DNA of 64,000 nt. It comes from Minutocellus sp. GHC0000111 (lineage: Eukaryota). The notes under the pieces were generated by a model. The model had not been told where the DNA came from. It saw only the letters and a list, made by a program, of their open reading frames with translations, and did not search any database. The position numbers and the translations under genes were made by a program. How positions within the stretch are numbered: position 1 is the stretch's first letter; every line of letters starts with the position of its first letter. Location: positions 3,472,001 to 3,536,000 of the forward strand of contig OZ361260.1 in the NCBI GenBank assembly GCA_977018835.1, written 5' to 3'. Below, in pieces: positions 35,136 through 47,912 of this stretch.

Positions 35136-37554
35136 TTAATCAATCTTGATGGAAGCAAAGATGGTCTTATTGAACCAAAGGGAACTGGCAACGCCGATGT
35201 AACCCGTCATGAGGAACAGAGCCAACGAGGCGAGGCCCATGTAGCCAAAGTACAGCACGTACGTAGCAGCGGTTTTACTGGCCTCGAGCTGCTTGAAGTA
35301 GACGAAGGAGTAGAAGAAGACGTACAGGGCGGTGGATCCGGCAGTGCAGAAGGAGCGCCACCACCAGTGGTAGTTCTCGCCGCAAAGCTGGAAGTAGCAG
35401 AAGAGGACGGTAATCTCGGCGCAGGTAATGACAAGGACGATGAAGACCAAGAGGAGGAAGCCGAAGACGTAGTAGTACTGGTCCATCCACACGGAACTGA
35501 GGATGAAGTACAGCTCGACGAAGCAGGCGCCGAAGGGGAGGATACCGCCGACCAAGAGAGTGAAGGGGATGCCCATAAACCAGGGCTGGTCGGGGATCTG
35601 TCGGGGAATGTTGGAGGTGTTGACGGGGAACTCCATGGCCTCCTGCTTGTATCCGAAGTAGGCACCGAAGAAGACCAGGGGGGTCGAAATACCGAACCAG
35701 AGGATGAGAAGGACGAGCATGGTGGTGAAGGGGACGGCGTCACTGGATCCCTGGGACAGAGCGATGATGTTCATGATGAAGAAGATGAAGAACGCAACGC
35801 CGGGGAAGCCCAGAGAGGTGAGGGTGGTGGCCTTCTGCCAGCTCTTGCCCTTGAAGGTCTTGTACAGGCGAGCCGTGGTGTAACCAGCGACACTGCCAAG
35901 AAGGACGTAAAGGAGGAGCTGGGCCATGAGCAGAGCACCACGATTGGCGGGGCTGAGGAAGCCCATGGCGGCGAAGAGGATGGTGAAGACGGCCATGCAC
36001 AGAAGCTGGGCGCCGGTACCGCAGCAGACGGCAAGGAGCATGGGGGAGAAGCTGGGAGGGCGGAAGACGTCGGCGTGGACGAGCTTCCAGCCGAACTCCT
36101 CGAGGTCCTCGGCCTTTTCCTCGTCGGTGGCGAGCTTGTTGTAGCGGGCGTAATCGCGACGGAGGTTGCGAACGAGGATGGCGGCAATCATGGCGGACAG
36201 GACGAAGACAATGACGAGACTGTTGGCAATGCTGAGCCAGTGGACTTTGGCGGGGATGGCATCATCCATGGAGAGGTAGATGTCCCAGCGGGAGGCCCAG
36301 TGGAGGTCCATGTTCTCGGTCCAGATGACGTCGTAGGTGAAGAGGACCTTGCCGCTGGCAAGCTGAGGCTCGCGGCCGCGGGCGTAGACCATGTCGTAGT
36401 TGGTGTGGACGGAGTTCCTGCCGTTACAGGAGGGGATGGGGTTGATGATGTCGGCAACCTTGAAGGGCTTCTCGACGGCCTCGGAACCATCGCCGTCCTC
36501 GTCTCCCTCGACGGAATCATCGTCATCCTCGGAGGGCTCGAACTCATGCTTGATGGAGAAGGGCTCGACGGTGAACCGGACGACACGGTACTTGTCGGTC
36601 TCGGTCTCGACGGGATGGTACATGATCTCCAGGTTGACGTGGTTGTGCACGTACGCCTTCTGGGTATCGGAGGCAACGAAACCGACGGGGAAGCCCTGCC
36701 AGTAGCGGGTGGTGATGGTGGTATCATCCTCCACCTTGGAGGCAGCCGACAGGTTGTCGACGATCCAATTGTTGTGATAGTTCTTGCGAATGGCCCGCAC
36801 GACCTTGTTGGGACTCACACCCTTCTGCTCTCCCCGGCCGAGGTTGGTGATGCACACCTGCTCGCAGTACATGTCCTGCTTCATCCGAAGGCGGTACGGG
36901 GAACTCTCGATGCGATCTCCGACGAGGAACTCTCCGAGATTCTCATTGTCCATCTTCGGCCCGCCCTCCGGCTGGCAGAACGGGAGGCGGTAGTAATCCA
37001 CGGGAAGCAAAGTCTTTTGGGACGTCATTTTGTTCACCTTCATCTTGACGCTGTATATGGAGGTGGAATATGAAGAACAAGGAGCAGTTATGAAGTAGTC
37101 AGCAAATGAATTCGGGCAAACACGGCCATGGAGCAGGAGAGGCGCGGACGCACACCCCTTCCGCCTTCCGGCCTCGTCATCCAAAAACAATACGCGGCAC
37201 AATTTGTGCAACGAGGCCACCGGAGCCAGATCATGTCCCCAAATAGCGTTCAGGTGACCCTCCCAAAGCACACAGATACAACAATAGCCTTCGTGATAGC
37301 CCAGACAGCCAGGCAACCAAGGTCATTGCAGGTGCGCCATTCGTGGAGAAACCAAATGCTCATGAAAATGCGGGAAGGGGGGCGGCGGTCGGTTCCGCTC
37401 ATCGAACAGAGGAAAGGAATGCAACTTACGGATCACCCTCCGAGAAGGATTGCGGGTTGACTCCCGGAAGGTAGAAGGCGGCGGCCCTCTCGGCCGAGAG
37501 GACCGCAAGCAGGAGGCCGACAAGCGGCATCGCGGCGCTTATCCGGCGGCTCAT
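35136..37554 (-). CDS. TM9SF: Transmembrane 9 superfamily (nonaspanin) protein; exons 37554-37430, 37050-35136
   Basis: Signal peptide + FYLPGV, ENLGEFLVGDRIESSPY, WASRWDIYL, GWKLVHADVFRPP, C-terminal IKID. Confidence 0.96.
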
Positions 37555-37998
37555 GGTGAACAAATAAATATGCGCTCGCTCGAGGGAGAGTAGCAATGCT
37601 TTGCGCAGGGGGACGTGCTAGGTTTTTGAACCTACACTGTCTTCCTAACTTCACCCAAAGAATACACCTCTAGGAAAACTTGACAATGATAGTACCAATA
37701 GCCTAATTTTGTGTAACGTGATTCTGATCAAAACTCAAAACATTTTGCGCCGCACCAAAATGCAAACGCCAGCCACAAGCGCAGCAGCAGCAGCAGCAAC
37801 GGCATGGTGAGAAGCAGGCGCAGCTCAGACACATACATTGATGAAGACTTAGTAGACATTTTACATGCATGTACGACTACTCCTTAGTAGTCCTCCAGCT
37901 ATCGGTACATAAATGTAGCGGTAGCTACTTTCTGGCACGAGCCGTTGTACATGTAGGATTCCTACCGGTAGATCTGCTATGCATTCTATTCTATTCTA

Positions 37999-39497
37999 GA
38001 GTGATTCCACGAGACCGCCGACAAAATCGCCGTAAATAGTAAGGCACTAGGAAATTTTTTTGTGCGATACTTTATGCAGCGCAAAAATGAACCCACTAAA
38101 TGGCCTCTCTCAACACGGCGAAAGCAAGGAGAATTCATCTCCACAAGAAGGCCACCAAATGATGGTATAACGATAAATAACTCCAAGCCAACCGATGTAT
38201 ACGCCAACTACATGCATTAGGTGAGTATTGCATACTTGAAAGCAAACTCATTCGTACATCATGTGCTATTTTAGCAACATCTCCTCATGCCCAGAAATTT
38301 TCAATATTTTTTTACCCTCAAAATGGCAAAGAATGATGGCTGATGCTTGTCTACATCCATTTCAATCCTCCCTGACCGGCATTACTTTCACTTGGGTAAT
38401 ATTGGGAGCAAGTTTGCGCCAGAGGGTCGATATTGGGCCCCATCTTTGTATCATTGTGGCCGTCACCATGGAAAGCAAAAACATCTGAAAGTAGCAAATC
38501 CCCAACTACAACCCCCTTCAAGCCTCAACCACTGTTCCTTCACGCAATATCAGCACGCACGATGCTCATTCTATATTACATCCATCGATCTCACGTGATG
38601 GTTTGGCCGCTTTCTCCGGTTTCGTTCCTCTCGGGCGGCAGAAGCAATGAAGGTGAAATCTGGTGCCGACATCAGACACGGGACTTTGGGAATAGTTTTC
38701 TCTATGAATTGTCGAGAAATGCCACCACCCCCCACTCAAATGCGCTTGGTATATATATGGGTGAAGCGTCGACGGCTCAGTGCAACGGAAGTGGTGCATG
38801 GACCGCATAAAAGCATCCGGACCAACTTTCGGATGGGTGGTGTAATGGGGGTGGTAATGGCGCTGGGCCAAATTTCGCGGTACAGGCACGCACCGACGCA
38901 CCACTATCGCCCAAAAATCCCTTCCAGTAATATTCAGGAAGGCATCTAGGTGGTCAGAGTGTATGCGATGGCCGGGGTGGTGCTGTACATCGGGCGAACA
39001 TGGTCGTGATGGAACGTCGGAAACTGTCGAAAAAATCGGGTCTAACGCGAACGAATTTTTCAAGGCTCAAAAAAGTAATTGCAAGTCTCCTGCTGCACCA
39101 CAGTGTTGTGAAAGGCTATTACAAGGGTATGGTGCCCCGTAGTCTTGATTGTTCTCAATGGGAGGCACGTCGGCGACACATGTTGTGGCCCCATTCGTTG
39201 AACGAAATGGGTTTTGTTTCGTTATAAAGTTTGATGTATTTTTTCTTTCTTGAAACAGCACAAGTGTATTCTACGACATAAAAATAAATTTTCAAACAAT
39301 AGTGTACCAAAAGAAACACTCTAATACCGTATCTATATCATGTGCTAAAAGAGCACCAAGATCATTGTACCAACTTCCTTTTATTGTTGATTATGGTCTA
39401 CAATACCCTTCTGAGTAAGGATCATCAATAAAAGGAAGTTGGTACAATGTTTACGAAACATCGCGGAGGGGGTGTCTGCTCTCTCGTGAAATCACTC
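37999..39497. mobile_element. Non-autonomous Mutator-like DNA transposon (~1.5 kb)
   Basis: TIRs GAGTGATT(C/T)CACGAGA 15/16 identical; exact 9-bp TSD TCTATTCTA at 37990-37998 and 39498-39506; no transposase recognised. Confidence 0.85.
39363..39449. repeat. Subterminal 29-bp inverted repeat (hairpin) in the Mutator-like element
   Basis: 39363-39391 vs reverse complement of 39421-39449, 28/29 match. Confidence 0.9.
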
Positions 39498-39884
39498 TCT
39501 ATTCTATGGTTAACCTTATTTAGGAATCAATCCAAGGGCGCACAAAGGCCTCCGCGCCAGCCGAGAAGCTTCGCTTAATGTGTGGTACCCTATCACCGTA
39601 CCCTCGTACTGCGGACCGTTGCCGGGACACTGGATCTCCGTTCTTGCTTTCGCCTAGTCCGGTGTACCACCGCCTAACATCCAAGCTCAGTTGCCTGAGG
39701 ACGTCCAACCGAAGGAGCGGGTAGATCTGCTACATGTAAAACAATTTTCTACGTAGATCTAGACGTTTTATAGGATCGACATAATCAGAAGATGAGAAGC
39801 GAAGAAAGTAGATGACATTTTGCAGATCTCTCTCTCTCTCCATCTTGTCGGTCATCAACAACAACAAATGCCAGCTCCGTTCAT

Positions 39885-41093
39885 TTATTTTGTTGGCGCG
39901 TCTATCTCCCAGCCGTAGGCTTCATCCAACAAATCGACTGGTTCCATCTTTCGCTCGTCCAAAATGCTGATGGCAAGGTTCATGTCCTCGGGAGTTGTGA
40001 TCTTGAGGTTGGTGTATTCTCCCAGAGTCAGCTTGACGGGCTCACCGAGCTGCTCCACGATCGAAACATCGTCCGTCACCTCCAAATTCTCCGCTTCCAC
40101 CTTGGCAAATCCGCGCTGCAATGTGTCAATCTTGATCACCTGAGGAGTGTGAACCTCCCACAATCGAGCCCGGGGGATGGTACGAAGGACCATGGACCCA
40201 TCCTCGCTCTCCTTGATCGTGGCCTTGCACGGGACGCCGAGGACTGCCGCCCCATGCTCCTTGGCGTCCGATACGACGTCGCAAACCTCCTTGATGGTGA
40301 CCAGTGGACGGGCACTATCGTGAACGGCGACGTACTTGCAGCTGTCTCCGGCCAATTCCACCAGCTTGTTCAGACCATTCTCCACGGACCCCTGTCGCTC
40401 CTCTCCTGGGTTGGCAAATGCCAGCCGACCTGCGTATTTGTCCACGATGGGCTGATATTCCGGCTGATATTTGGGATCCATCACGAGGACAACCATTGGT
40501 GGTCCACTGTTGACATATGCACCATGGCAACAATCGGTCATTGCGAAGTGGTTTTGATCGCAGAGTTATGACACAAATAATTGCAATCAGTACCCAAAAA
40601 AAGAAAATAGTGATTCCCAAAATGCATATACAATTCTGTAACCGATGTTCTAATGTGAGTTCATGCAACACACATTGCCGTCAACAACACACGACATACC
40701 TCTTTCCATTCTCCCGGGCAAAGACTGGCAAACGCTCGAGGAACAGATCGAGCGAATGGTGCAGGACGGGCATCCCCTCAGAGTCAGGTACTGCTTGGGC
40801 ATGTTGGCCTTCATCCTCGAACCGGTTCCACCGGCGAGCAGGACAAAGCCCACGTCAGACAGGTCGGTGTCGGCGGTAGGAAAAGATTCATCACTGCCCT
40901 CTGCCGCAAGCGATGTGGAGGAGGAAGTAGCGGTGGCGGCGCTTTGCTTCGACAGTTGCGATGTCGACGCAGAAATTGACGACACAGATGACGGCCGGGC
41001 TGAAACTCCGAGCGACTGCGTGAATGCATATGACGTTGGGGTGGCCGCAAGAGCGGCGGCTGCCGCCAGCGTAGTCGATGCCCAGATCTTCAT
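39885..41093 (-). CDS. ispD: 2-C-methyl-D-erythritol 4-phosphate cytidylyltransferase, plastid-targeted; 1-nt frameshift at G run 40774-40777; intron ~40698-40507
   Basis: LLAGGTGSRM..PKQY, ERQGSV.NGL, VHDSARP, TPQ, TDD, NLKITTPED; signal SYA-FT. Confidence 0.95.
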
Positions 41094-41222
41094 CTTGATG
41101 TTGCACTTTTGTGTCGAATGACGTCGCATAAAACGTATGTAGGGGCAAAATTCCCCCGAAATTCCCCTTCCTACCAACGGACTTCTGGCCGTCGTCTCCT
41201 CCTCCTCCATTTCAACGCCACC

Positions 41223-42088
41223 ATGTCGCTCCTTGCAGCCAGCCGGAGGACCGCGGCGGCGGGTCTTTCCCGTGCCCTCGCGGCCAACCGGGGAGTCCTT
41301 GCGGCCGCCGATGGCGCGTCCCGCTCGGTCGTCACCATGGGGCGAACGGAGGACACCATTCTGCCGGTAAGTTTTCTTCCGTGTTTTTTGGGGTCCGCCG
41401 AAGCCCTACCCTTCGTCGGACGGAGGGGTCTCGGGCTTTTCCCTGAAGATATATATGTCTCCTTTGTCATTTTATGCGCTTTCCTAACACTATTGCTTAT
41501 TTCTATATTCTGTGTCGACGCCGCGCGTTGTGGTGATGTGGTGTGATATGGTATGGTGATGCTGTGCTTTTTGTTGGGGGGGCTCCGCAGACTTCTTGGA
41601 ACGACATCTTCGAGAGGTCGTCAAAAATTTTCTTCATGACGGAGATCTGGAGAGGTTTCATCCTCTGCTTCGAGGCCGCCATGAAGCCCAAGGTGACCAT
41701 CAACTACCCCTTTGAGAAGGGATACCTCAGCCCCCGATTCCGCGGCGAGCACGCTCTTCGCCGGTACCCCTCCGGAGACGAGCGGTGCATCGCCTGCAAG
41801 CTGTGCGAGGCCGCCTGCCCGGCCCAGGCCATCACCATCGATGCCGAGGAGCGAGAGGATGGGGCCCGTCGGACCACCCGGTACGACATCGACATGACCA
41901 AGTGCATCTACTGCGGATACTGTCAGGAGGCCTGTCCCGTCGATGCCATCGTGGAGGGACCCAACTTTGAGTTCGCCACTGAAACGCACGAGGAGCTCTT
42001 GTACGATAAGGAGAAGCTGCTGTCCAACGGTGACAAGTGGGAGAAGCAGATTGCCAAGAACCTTTTGAGCGAGCATCTTTACCGCTAA
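41223..42088 (+). CDS. NDUFS8: Complex I 2x[4Fe-4S] subunit TYKY; exons 41223-41366, 41591-42088
   Basis: [44 protein letters not shown]. Confidence 0.97.
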
Positions 42089-42639
42089 AAGATCTCAGGA
42101 AGGGAAGGAATTGGGTGGTAGAATCTTGAGGTGGATGAAGCGTTGTTGGTCAGAAATCAGAAGCGGCGGCGGCGGCTACGGTCTTCGCGTACAGTTGGCT
42201 GGTTTCTGGCGGCTAGCGGTTCCAATGGCCTCTCTGCCATCCATATAGGTAGCTTGTAATGAGCTCCATGTAAACGTACTTTAGCATTTAACTCCATTCA
42301 CTCCTGCTGGCGACCGGTAGCAACATTCCCCTCATCTCCACCTCTCACGAAAAATGCACAGCTGGTTCAAAAGGAACCCGGATATTGATATAAGGAGGTG
42401 AGGCGACAAGTCAAACCCGAGCGAGCGAGAGTGGAGTTCGTCGTATGCGTTGGTACCGTTGTCATCTGCAGCAAATTGCAATTCCCTGAGCGGATATTGT
42501 TTCTTTGGGTGACGAGCCTATTCGTGCAAAAGTTTTTGCTGTTGCGATTTGTGCACGAGAAGTGCCGGTAACTTATCCTTTTTTCCAACGAGAGAGGGAA
42601 GCAAGCAGGACATTGAGCAGGAGGGCATAGCGCAACACC

Positions 42640-42879
42640 ATGGGCTTCTCCCTCTACAATCTGTTCAAGGCGGGCCTATTGTTTACAAATGCTGCGCTAA
42701 TTATCAACAAGCCACGATTCCTTGCCAAGTATGGCTGGGATGAGGTCAATCCGCACACACAATCGCCACTTGTTGTACAAGCCATCAATTTGTACAATGC
42801 GATTCAGTACCTCAAGGTTCCGGTCATTGCTTGCAATGTGATTGTTATTTTCTTTGAACTGATCCTCGGTGGCACATAG
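42640..42879 (+). CDS. YOS1: Yos1/IER3IP1-like ER-Golgi membrane protein
   Basis: 79 aa; LLFTNAALII..RFLAKYGW...LKVPVIACNVIVIFFELILG. Confidence 0.88.
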   Translation: MGFSLYNLFKAGLLFTNAALIINKPRFLAKYGWDEVNPHTQSPLVVQAINLYNAIQYLKVPVIACNVIVIFFELILGGT

Positions 42880-43093
42880 CCAATATACATGACGGCTGCG
42901 TTGTGAATTGAATTCTCTCTGAGCTCGTTTGTCGGCCGTTTTGGGGGCAGTGATTTGTGGGCATTTGTGTTTGATCGGAGTTCCGTGGTATTGGACCGTT
43001 CGCGTTTCTGCTTGAAATTCCAATCAATGTATTATATATAGCACAGCTATACATCCATTTCTTTTCAACTACAACACCATGTATTTTATTTGC

Positions 43094-44422
43094 TTAGCTC
43101 AATTTCTTATCGGCAAAGCCATCTGCAGTGAAGCTCACCTCCTGATGGTTAGCAGAGTTGCTTGCTCTTTGAGTCGTACCGGTACCTCCGCCCTCTTGTG
43201 CGATCACAATATCGGACCATATGAAGGGCAGACCTGACCAAGTGCTCGCCACATAGGCCGGGTATTCATCTGGGAAGTATTTCAGCAGTGTCCCCTCCTC
43301 GTATGGTATTCTCCTCTTGAAGAAGTACCAAGAAGCCAAGCTGTAACAAACGGCGCATATGGGGTTGCCCAACAATAGCTGCGTGCCGACGGACCAGTAA
43401 TAAAAGCCGACGTAGGATGGGTGTCGGAAATACTTGTAGCTGCGTACGGTATGGAAGTAAGATATGATGGGAAGTATGAGATATTGCCCAAAAATGAAAA
43501 ACAAAGTCTGCTTCATGTGAATACATTTGTACGACAAAATGTTACGTCATTGTTTTCTCACTTACATTCCGTGGGTGATCAATACATGATTGTCCTTCTT
43601 GGTTTGCTGTATCAAGTGGTTGAAACTCTCCCCGCAGGTGATCATGGCCAGGGCACGAACGACCTGCCCGCTGATAACCAAGACCAAACCAATGGAACTC
43701 AATGGGACGCTGTTCACAAAGGGAAAGAATGCAAATCGAATCCAAAATTCAATCCACGATACCAGCGCGGCCGTGGTATATGCCATGCTCTGATTGATGA
43801 CAAAGGAATCTGCCGTTGTTACCGAGTGATTATATATCGCAGTGGTGAAGAACTCCAATGTATGAAACGAAGTAAGTCCCACAACGTACAGTGCCCATTG
43901 ATAGATAAGCTGTATCCGTTCTGGTGTCAGTATGGAATGGCTACCATCCAGGATGTTGATAGTGATCCAGCCACGACTGTGCAGATGGATCTGCACAAGT
44001 ATCAAGGCATGGACGGCCATCACGGCACCCAGTATCATGGCCAACGCAGCGACCCGTCCCAATCCATGAGCATGGCAAAATTGCGGCAAGTGATCGCTCC
44101 CGCGCCAATCCAGGCGATTCTGAATCCATCGGATCGGTGGGAGGCCACCCTCATTGCTGGGCTTTGCCCGTGTCGGCTGACTCTCAGATGACGACGATGT
44201 GTCTGCGGCCACCAACTCGTTGATGCTGTTCATACTTTGGCTGGCGCGATACCCGCCACCATTGGAAGGGCCATGATTTGACTGCGATAGGCCCCCATTT
44301 GCCGAAGCGAAAGACGAAGAGCGGGAGTTGTTGCGAGAGATGGTAAGCCTGGTGCCACTGAGCCTTCTCGGCAGAGTAGGACTGCCGCCGTTCATATTGC
44401 TACTGCTGCTCCCGCCGTTCAT
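43094..44422 (-). CDS. ICMT: Isoprenylcysteine carboxyl methyltransferase; exons 44422-43566, 43439-43094
   Basis: FHTLEFFTTA, GESFNHLIQ, HVLITHGIYKYFRHPSYVGF, RIPYEE..L..F. Confidence 0.94.
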
Positions 44423-44624
44423 GCTGCTAAAAGTGCTCTACGGCGAGTGCTCGTACATGTAGTACGGTAGATAAAAGTCAGTACTCGAAGTACGAGCGGC
44501 GGCGTCGTGTCATTTCTTCTGGCAGAGCAAAAAAGCAAAAACGTCTCCTTTCCCATGTTCGTGTGGTATACAATATATGTGTGTGTGCAGCAACATCTGC
44601 ACTAGAGGAAAAGAAACTCAGAAG

Positions 44625-44959
44625 ATGAACCGCACTCTCCCCCGCCCGTGCGCGTCTTTTACGAGCCCCCTCCGTTCGGTCCCCGCACGGCTCTCAACCG
44701 TCCCGCGTACGGTATGGAGGGTGGCACTACTCCTATGTGGGTAGAGAAGATCAACAAGATGCCCACGTGGCAGCCCATCGTTGGATTCTGCACCCTGTTC
44801 ACCATCCTCGGTTACGTCCCCGTCGCCCTTCGCGAGGACCTGCCCTTCACCTGCAGCCCCGAATACGAGGCCGCCAACCGTGCCTACATGCGCTATCACA
44901 ACATGAACCCCATCTGGGGCATCTCCAGCAAGCAGGCCCGTGCCGCCGACGGACATTAA
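44625..44959 (+). CDS. Cytochrome c oxidase subunit IV-like small membrane protein; 1-nt frameshift in C runs 44639-44647
   Basis: Single TM followed by PFTCSPEYEAANRAYMRYHNMNPIWGISS, resembling the COX4/yeast Cox5 C-terminus. Confidence 0.65.
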
Positions 44960-45217
44960 GTTCTCGATTCATGTGTCGGAGTGAGTCGGTGCAAAGGCGG
45001 AGGACTCTTTGGCTGAGCAAGACCTCGGAATCAGCCCCGGCTGATTCCTGTTGATCTTATTTCGCGTTGGGCGACACTGACCGTTAATAATTTGAATAGC
45101 TGCATAACGTACGTAGTAATTATGCCCGGCCTTCCGACCATTTGCTACGAATGAATATCATCATGCAGTCCGGCGGACTGTACTACTTAGCTAGGAATTC
45201 AGTAGTATATTTTGCTC

Positions 45218-47232
45218 CTATGAGTCGCCGTTATCCCCCACCCTACCTTCCTCCACAGCCGCGCTACTGCTTCGGCTCAATGCTTCTCCCAATTGAGCGG
45301 CGCTTGAAATCCTCTCTGGACTCAGCTGTCCAATGCTACTCGATGCACTTACATCCCACATCTTTTCGTCTGCGCATTCACCGCAAATGACGACCTGAGA
45401 GAAATCAGTTGGTAATCTAGATCGAGGACGACGACCGAAGAGAGCCGACATCCAGTTCGGAAGACAGCCTTTATCCGCTGTGTTGCGTGTCCCGCTGTAG
45501 GCATATACGCCTCGTACTCTCTCGTTTGTTGTTTGAGCAAGAGTAATAATGAGAACATGGAAGCAAGTCAGTGAAGTCAGACTCCATGCGCAAAGCAAAC
45601 AAAAAATGGTCATCAAAAATACCAGTGGCATCGATGATACGGCCGCCCATAATTTCTGCACTTCCGTAGGATGGTCCGAACGATAGTGGTTGCTATCGCT
45701 GCTATGGTTGCCGTCGCTATCAACATCTTGAGCTTCGACATCTCCACTCGTAATTACTGGGCCAGGCGACATCGGGCCAATAGCAGATTCCTCGTCCATG
45801 TACGCTTTGATCAGAACTTGCAAACAAGATAATGTCACCAGTATCTTTAGAGCCGATATTGCCACAAGGAAGGCAAAAAAATATCTATAGTTGCGTTCCC
45901 CAATACAAGTACTCGACCATGGACAGTGGTGGTCAAACTTGCTAACGCAAACGTTGCAGCTATTGCAGTGTTTCGACCTCGGTGGTCGAAAGATGTTGCA
46001 GGTAGAACAGTAACGATAGCCCAGTCCTCCGATTGGTGTGCCATCATTAGGAATTGGTGGCTTTATGGGAGATGAAACACCTGGAATCCCGCAGCAGATG
46101 GCCACTCCAGCCTGTGCCGTCCATGATTCGGTATGTGTTCCATGAGGTGTGGTACCACGATGATATAATAGAGCGCCATCGAAACGATGAGCAGAGCATT
46201 GGTGAAGAAGAAGAGCGGTGCGTCACTGCCAAGCATTATTTTTCCTTTGCAGAGGAAGTGATGATTGCCCATCCACCCCTCCGTTGCCCGAAAGGTTGGT
46301 GCTGGTTCGAAGGATCCCTGCTGTGACGTTGCCGCAGCATGGACCGACATGGATGATCCAAGAGACATGGTCGAAGAGTACGGTGATAGGGCAGTCGAGG
46401 CCGCCGACTGATCCGATCGGGTGCTGCCACCAAAGCCGACTTCGTGAAACAGTTTCTTCCTTGCCCATCCACTTCGCCCACCAACACTGACCAAAATCCA
46501 TTTACCCGATGAATCCGTGCCATGAGAGGGGAGAACTAATATCGATGTTGCGCAAATTATAGGTAGGATGGAAGCAGAACGCAATGCATACATGAGATAC
46601 AGGTGGTTGCGTACCCAGCACATGCAAACTCATCGACAACATCAAGCCATTTATGCCAAGTGTCTTCCACCGGTTGTATATAATTCACGGTACTTACCAG
46701 CACTTCGTCTCAAAAGGCCAGTAACTCCCGAATTGTTTGCGGCGTTGCTGGTATCGCTGGCGGACCCTCCAGTACGACTGTCACTCCCCGGTCGCTTGTG
46801 CAAGGCGGCAAAGGGGGTTTCTGAACTAGCCGTGAATCGATAATATCTCTGGATCGTTGGGTTGTACCTTGGAAAGAAGAACTGGTGCAATGATATTCCA
46901 TGAACGCTGCCGCTTGGACCCGCCGGTGCCGATGCTCCGACGGCGTTGGGATCGAAGTTGTAGTTGGTATCGAGCAAAGATGTATGACAATCAACCGGCA
47001 GAAACTCCGCCGTTTCGTCCTCAACAACGTCCGATCGGATGGGTTTCGTGTATTCTTCCGATCTGGCCACCGCCATGTCCCCCGACAATGACGATGATGG
47101 ATGCTGTTGTGGCTGCTGCCGTTGTGAGTTGCCATTGTCCGATGCATGCAGCAACAAATGAGTTGTCTCATCTGGCTGTACCCCGTCGTCGCTACAGGCG
47201 CAAAGTCGGGATCGACGGTTGTGTGTTTGCAT
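45218..47232 (-). CDS. DHHC palmitoyltransferase (intron 46697-46536); frameshifting lesion ~46090, 5' end uncertain
   Basis: [46 protein letters not shown]; second TM/TDPG region appears missing. Confidence 0.85.
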
Positions 47233-47240
47233 GCTTCCAG

Positions 47241-47912
47241 ACCATCTCGAAGCACCTTGGAGAGGACAACGTCAAGAGGCTTGTCAACTGGGTCATGAAA
47301 TACCTTGCCGATCTCGACATTCCGGTCAAGGTGAGTTGATGCCGTTGCATTTTTGCATGTGCTGCAATTGCACTTGCATGTATTTGAAGTATTTATCATT
47401 TATTTGTCGGAGTGACCAGATCTCTTGCAATTCAAATATATGTATCGTACTCACAATACATCCCTTTTTTGCTTCACATGCGTATTCGTGACACACATCG
47501 CTCGCGTACTCAGCGTGGGACCTTCATTGAGTTCAGGTCGGGTATGTTCAACATCTCCCCCATTGGTCGCAACTGCTCTCGCGAGGAGCGAAATGACTAC
47601 GAGAAGTTCGATCTGGAGCACAACATCCGCAAGAACATGGTCGCCGCCATGAAGGAGGAGTTCAAGGACCTCAACCTCACGTTCAGCATCGGCGGTCAGA
47701 TCTCGTTCGATGTCTTCCCTACCGGCTGGGACAAGACGTACTGCCTGAAGTTCCTCGACGAGGGTGATTTCGATGAGATCCACTTCTTCGGCGACAAGAC
47801 CTTTGAGGGCGGCAACGACTTTGAGATTTTCACTCACGAGCGGACCAAGGGCCACACCGTCACCTCCCCGGATGATACCAAGGAGCAATGTACGAAGCTT
47901 TTTATGTCGTAA
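47241..47912 (+). pseudogene. PMM: Phosphomannomutase lacking its N-terminal part (exons 47241-47330, 47514-47912)
   Basis: [61 protein letters not shown]; no DxDGT exon found upstream. Confidence 0.85.

Larger units (their letters stand above)
37980..39719 (-). mobile_element. Short retrotransposon-like insertion (probable 5'-truncated non-LTR element) interrupted by a DNA transposon
   Basis: 13-bp direct repeat GGTAGATCTGCTA at 37967-37979 and 39720-39732; minus-strand ORF end at 39520 followed by (ATAGA)n tail. Confidence 0.6.

Noticed and set aside
35085..37073. 662-aa plus-strand ORF
   Set aside because: Antisense shadow of the codon-biased TM9SF gene; the same applies to 32931-33689, 41621-42076 and 10997-11632
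38261..39261. Short ORFs inside the Mutator-like element as transposase
   Set aside because: No DDE, SWIM or other transposase motif recognised
26191..47232. Apparent cluster of lipid-modification genes (PGAP1, Rab, ICMT, DHHC)
   Set aside because: Spread over 20 kb among unrelated genes; chance is sufficient
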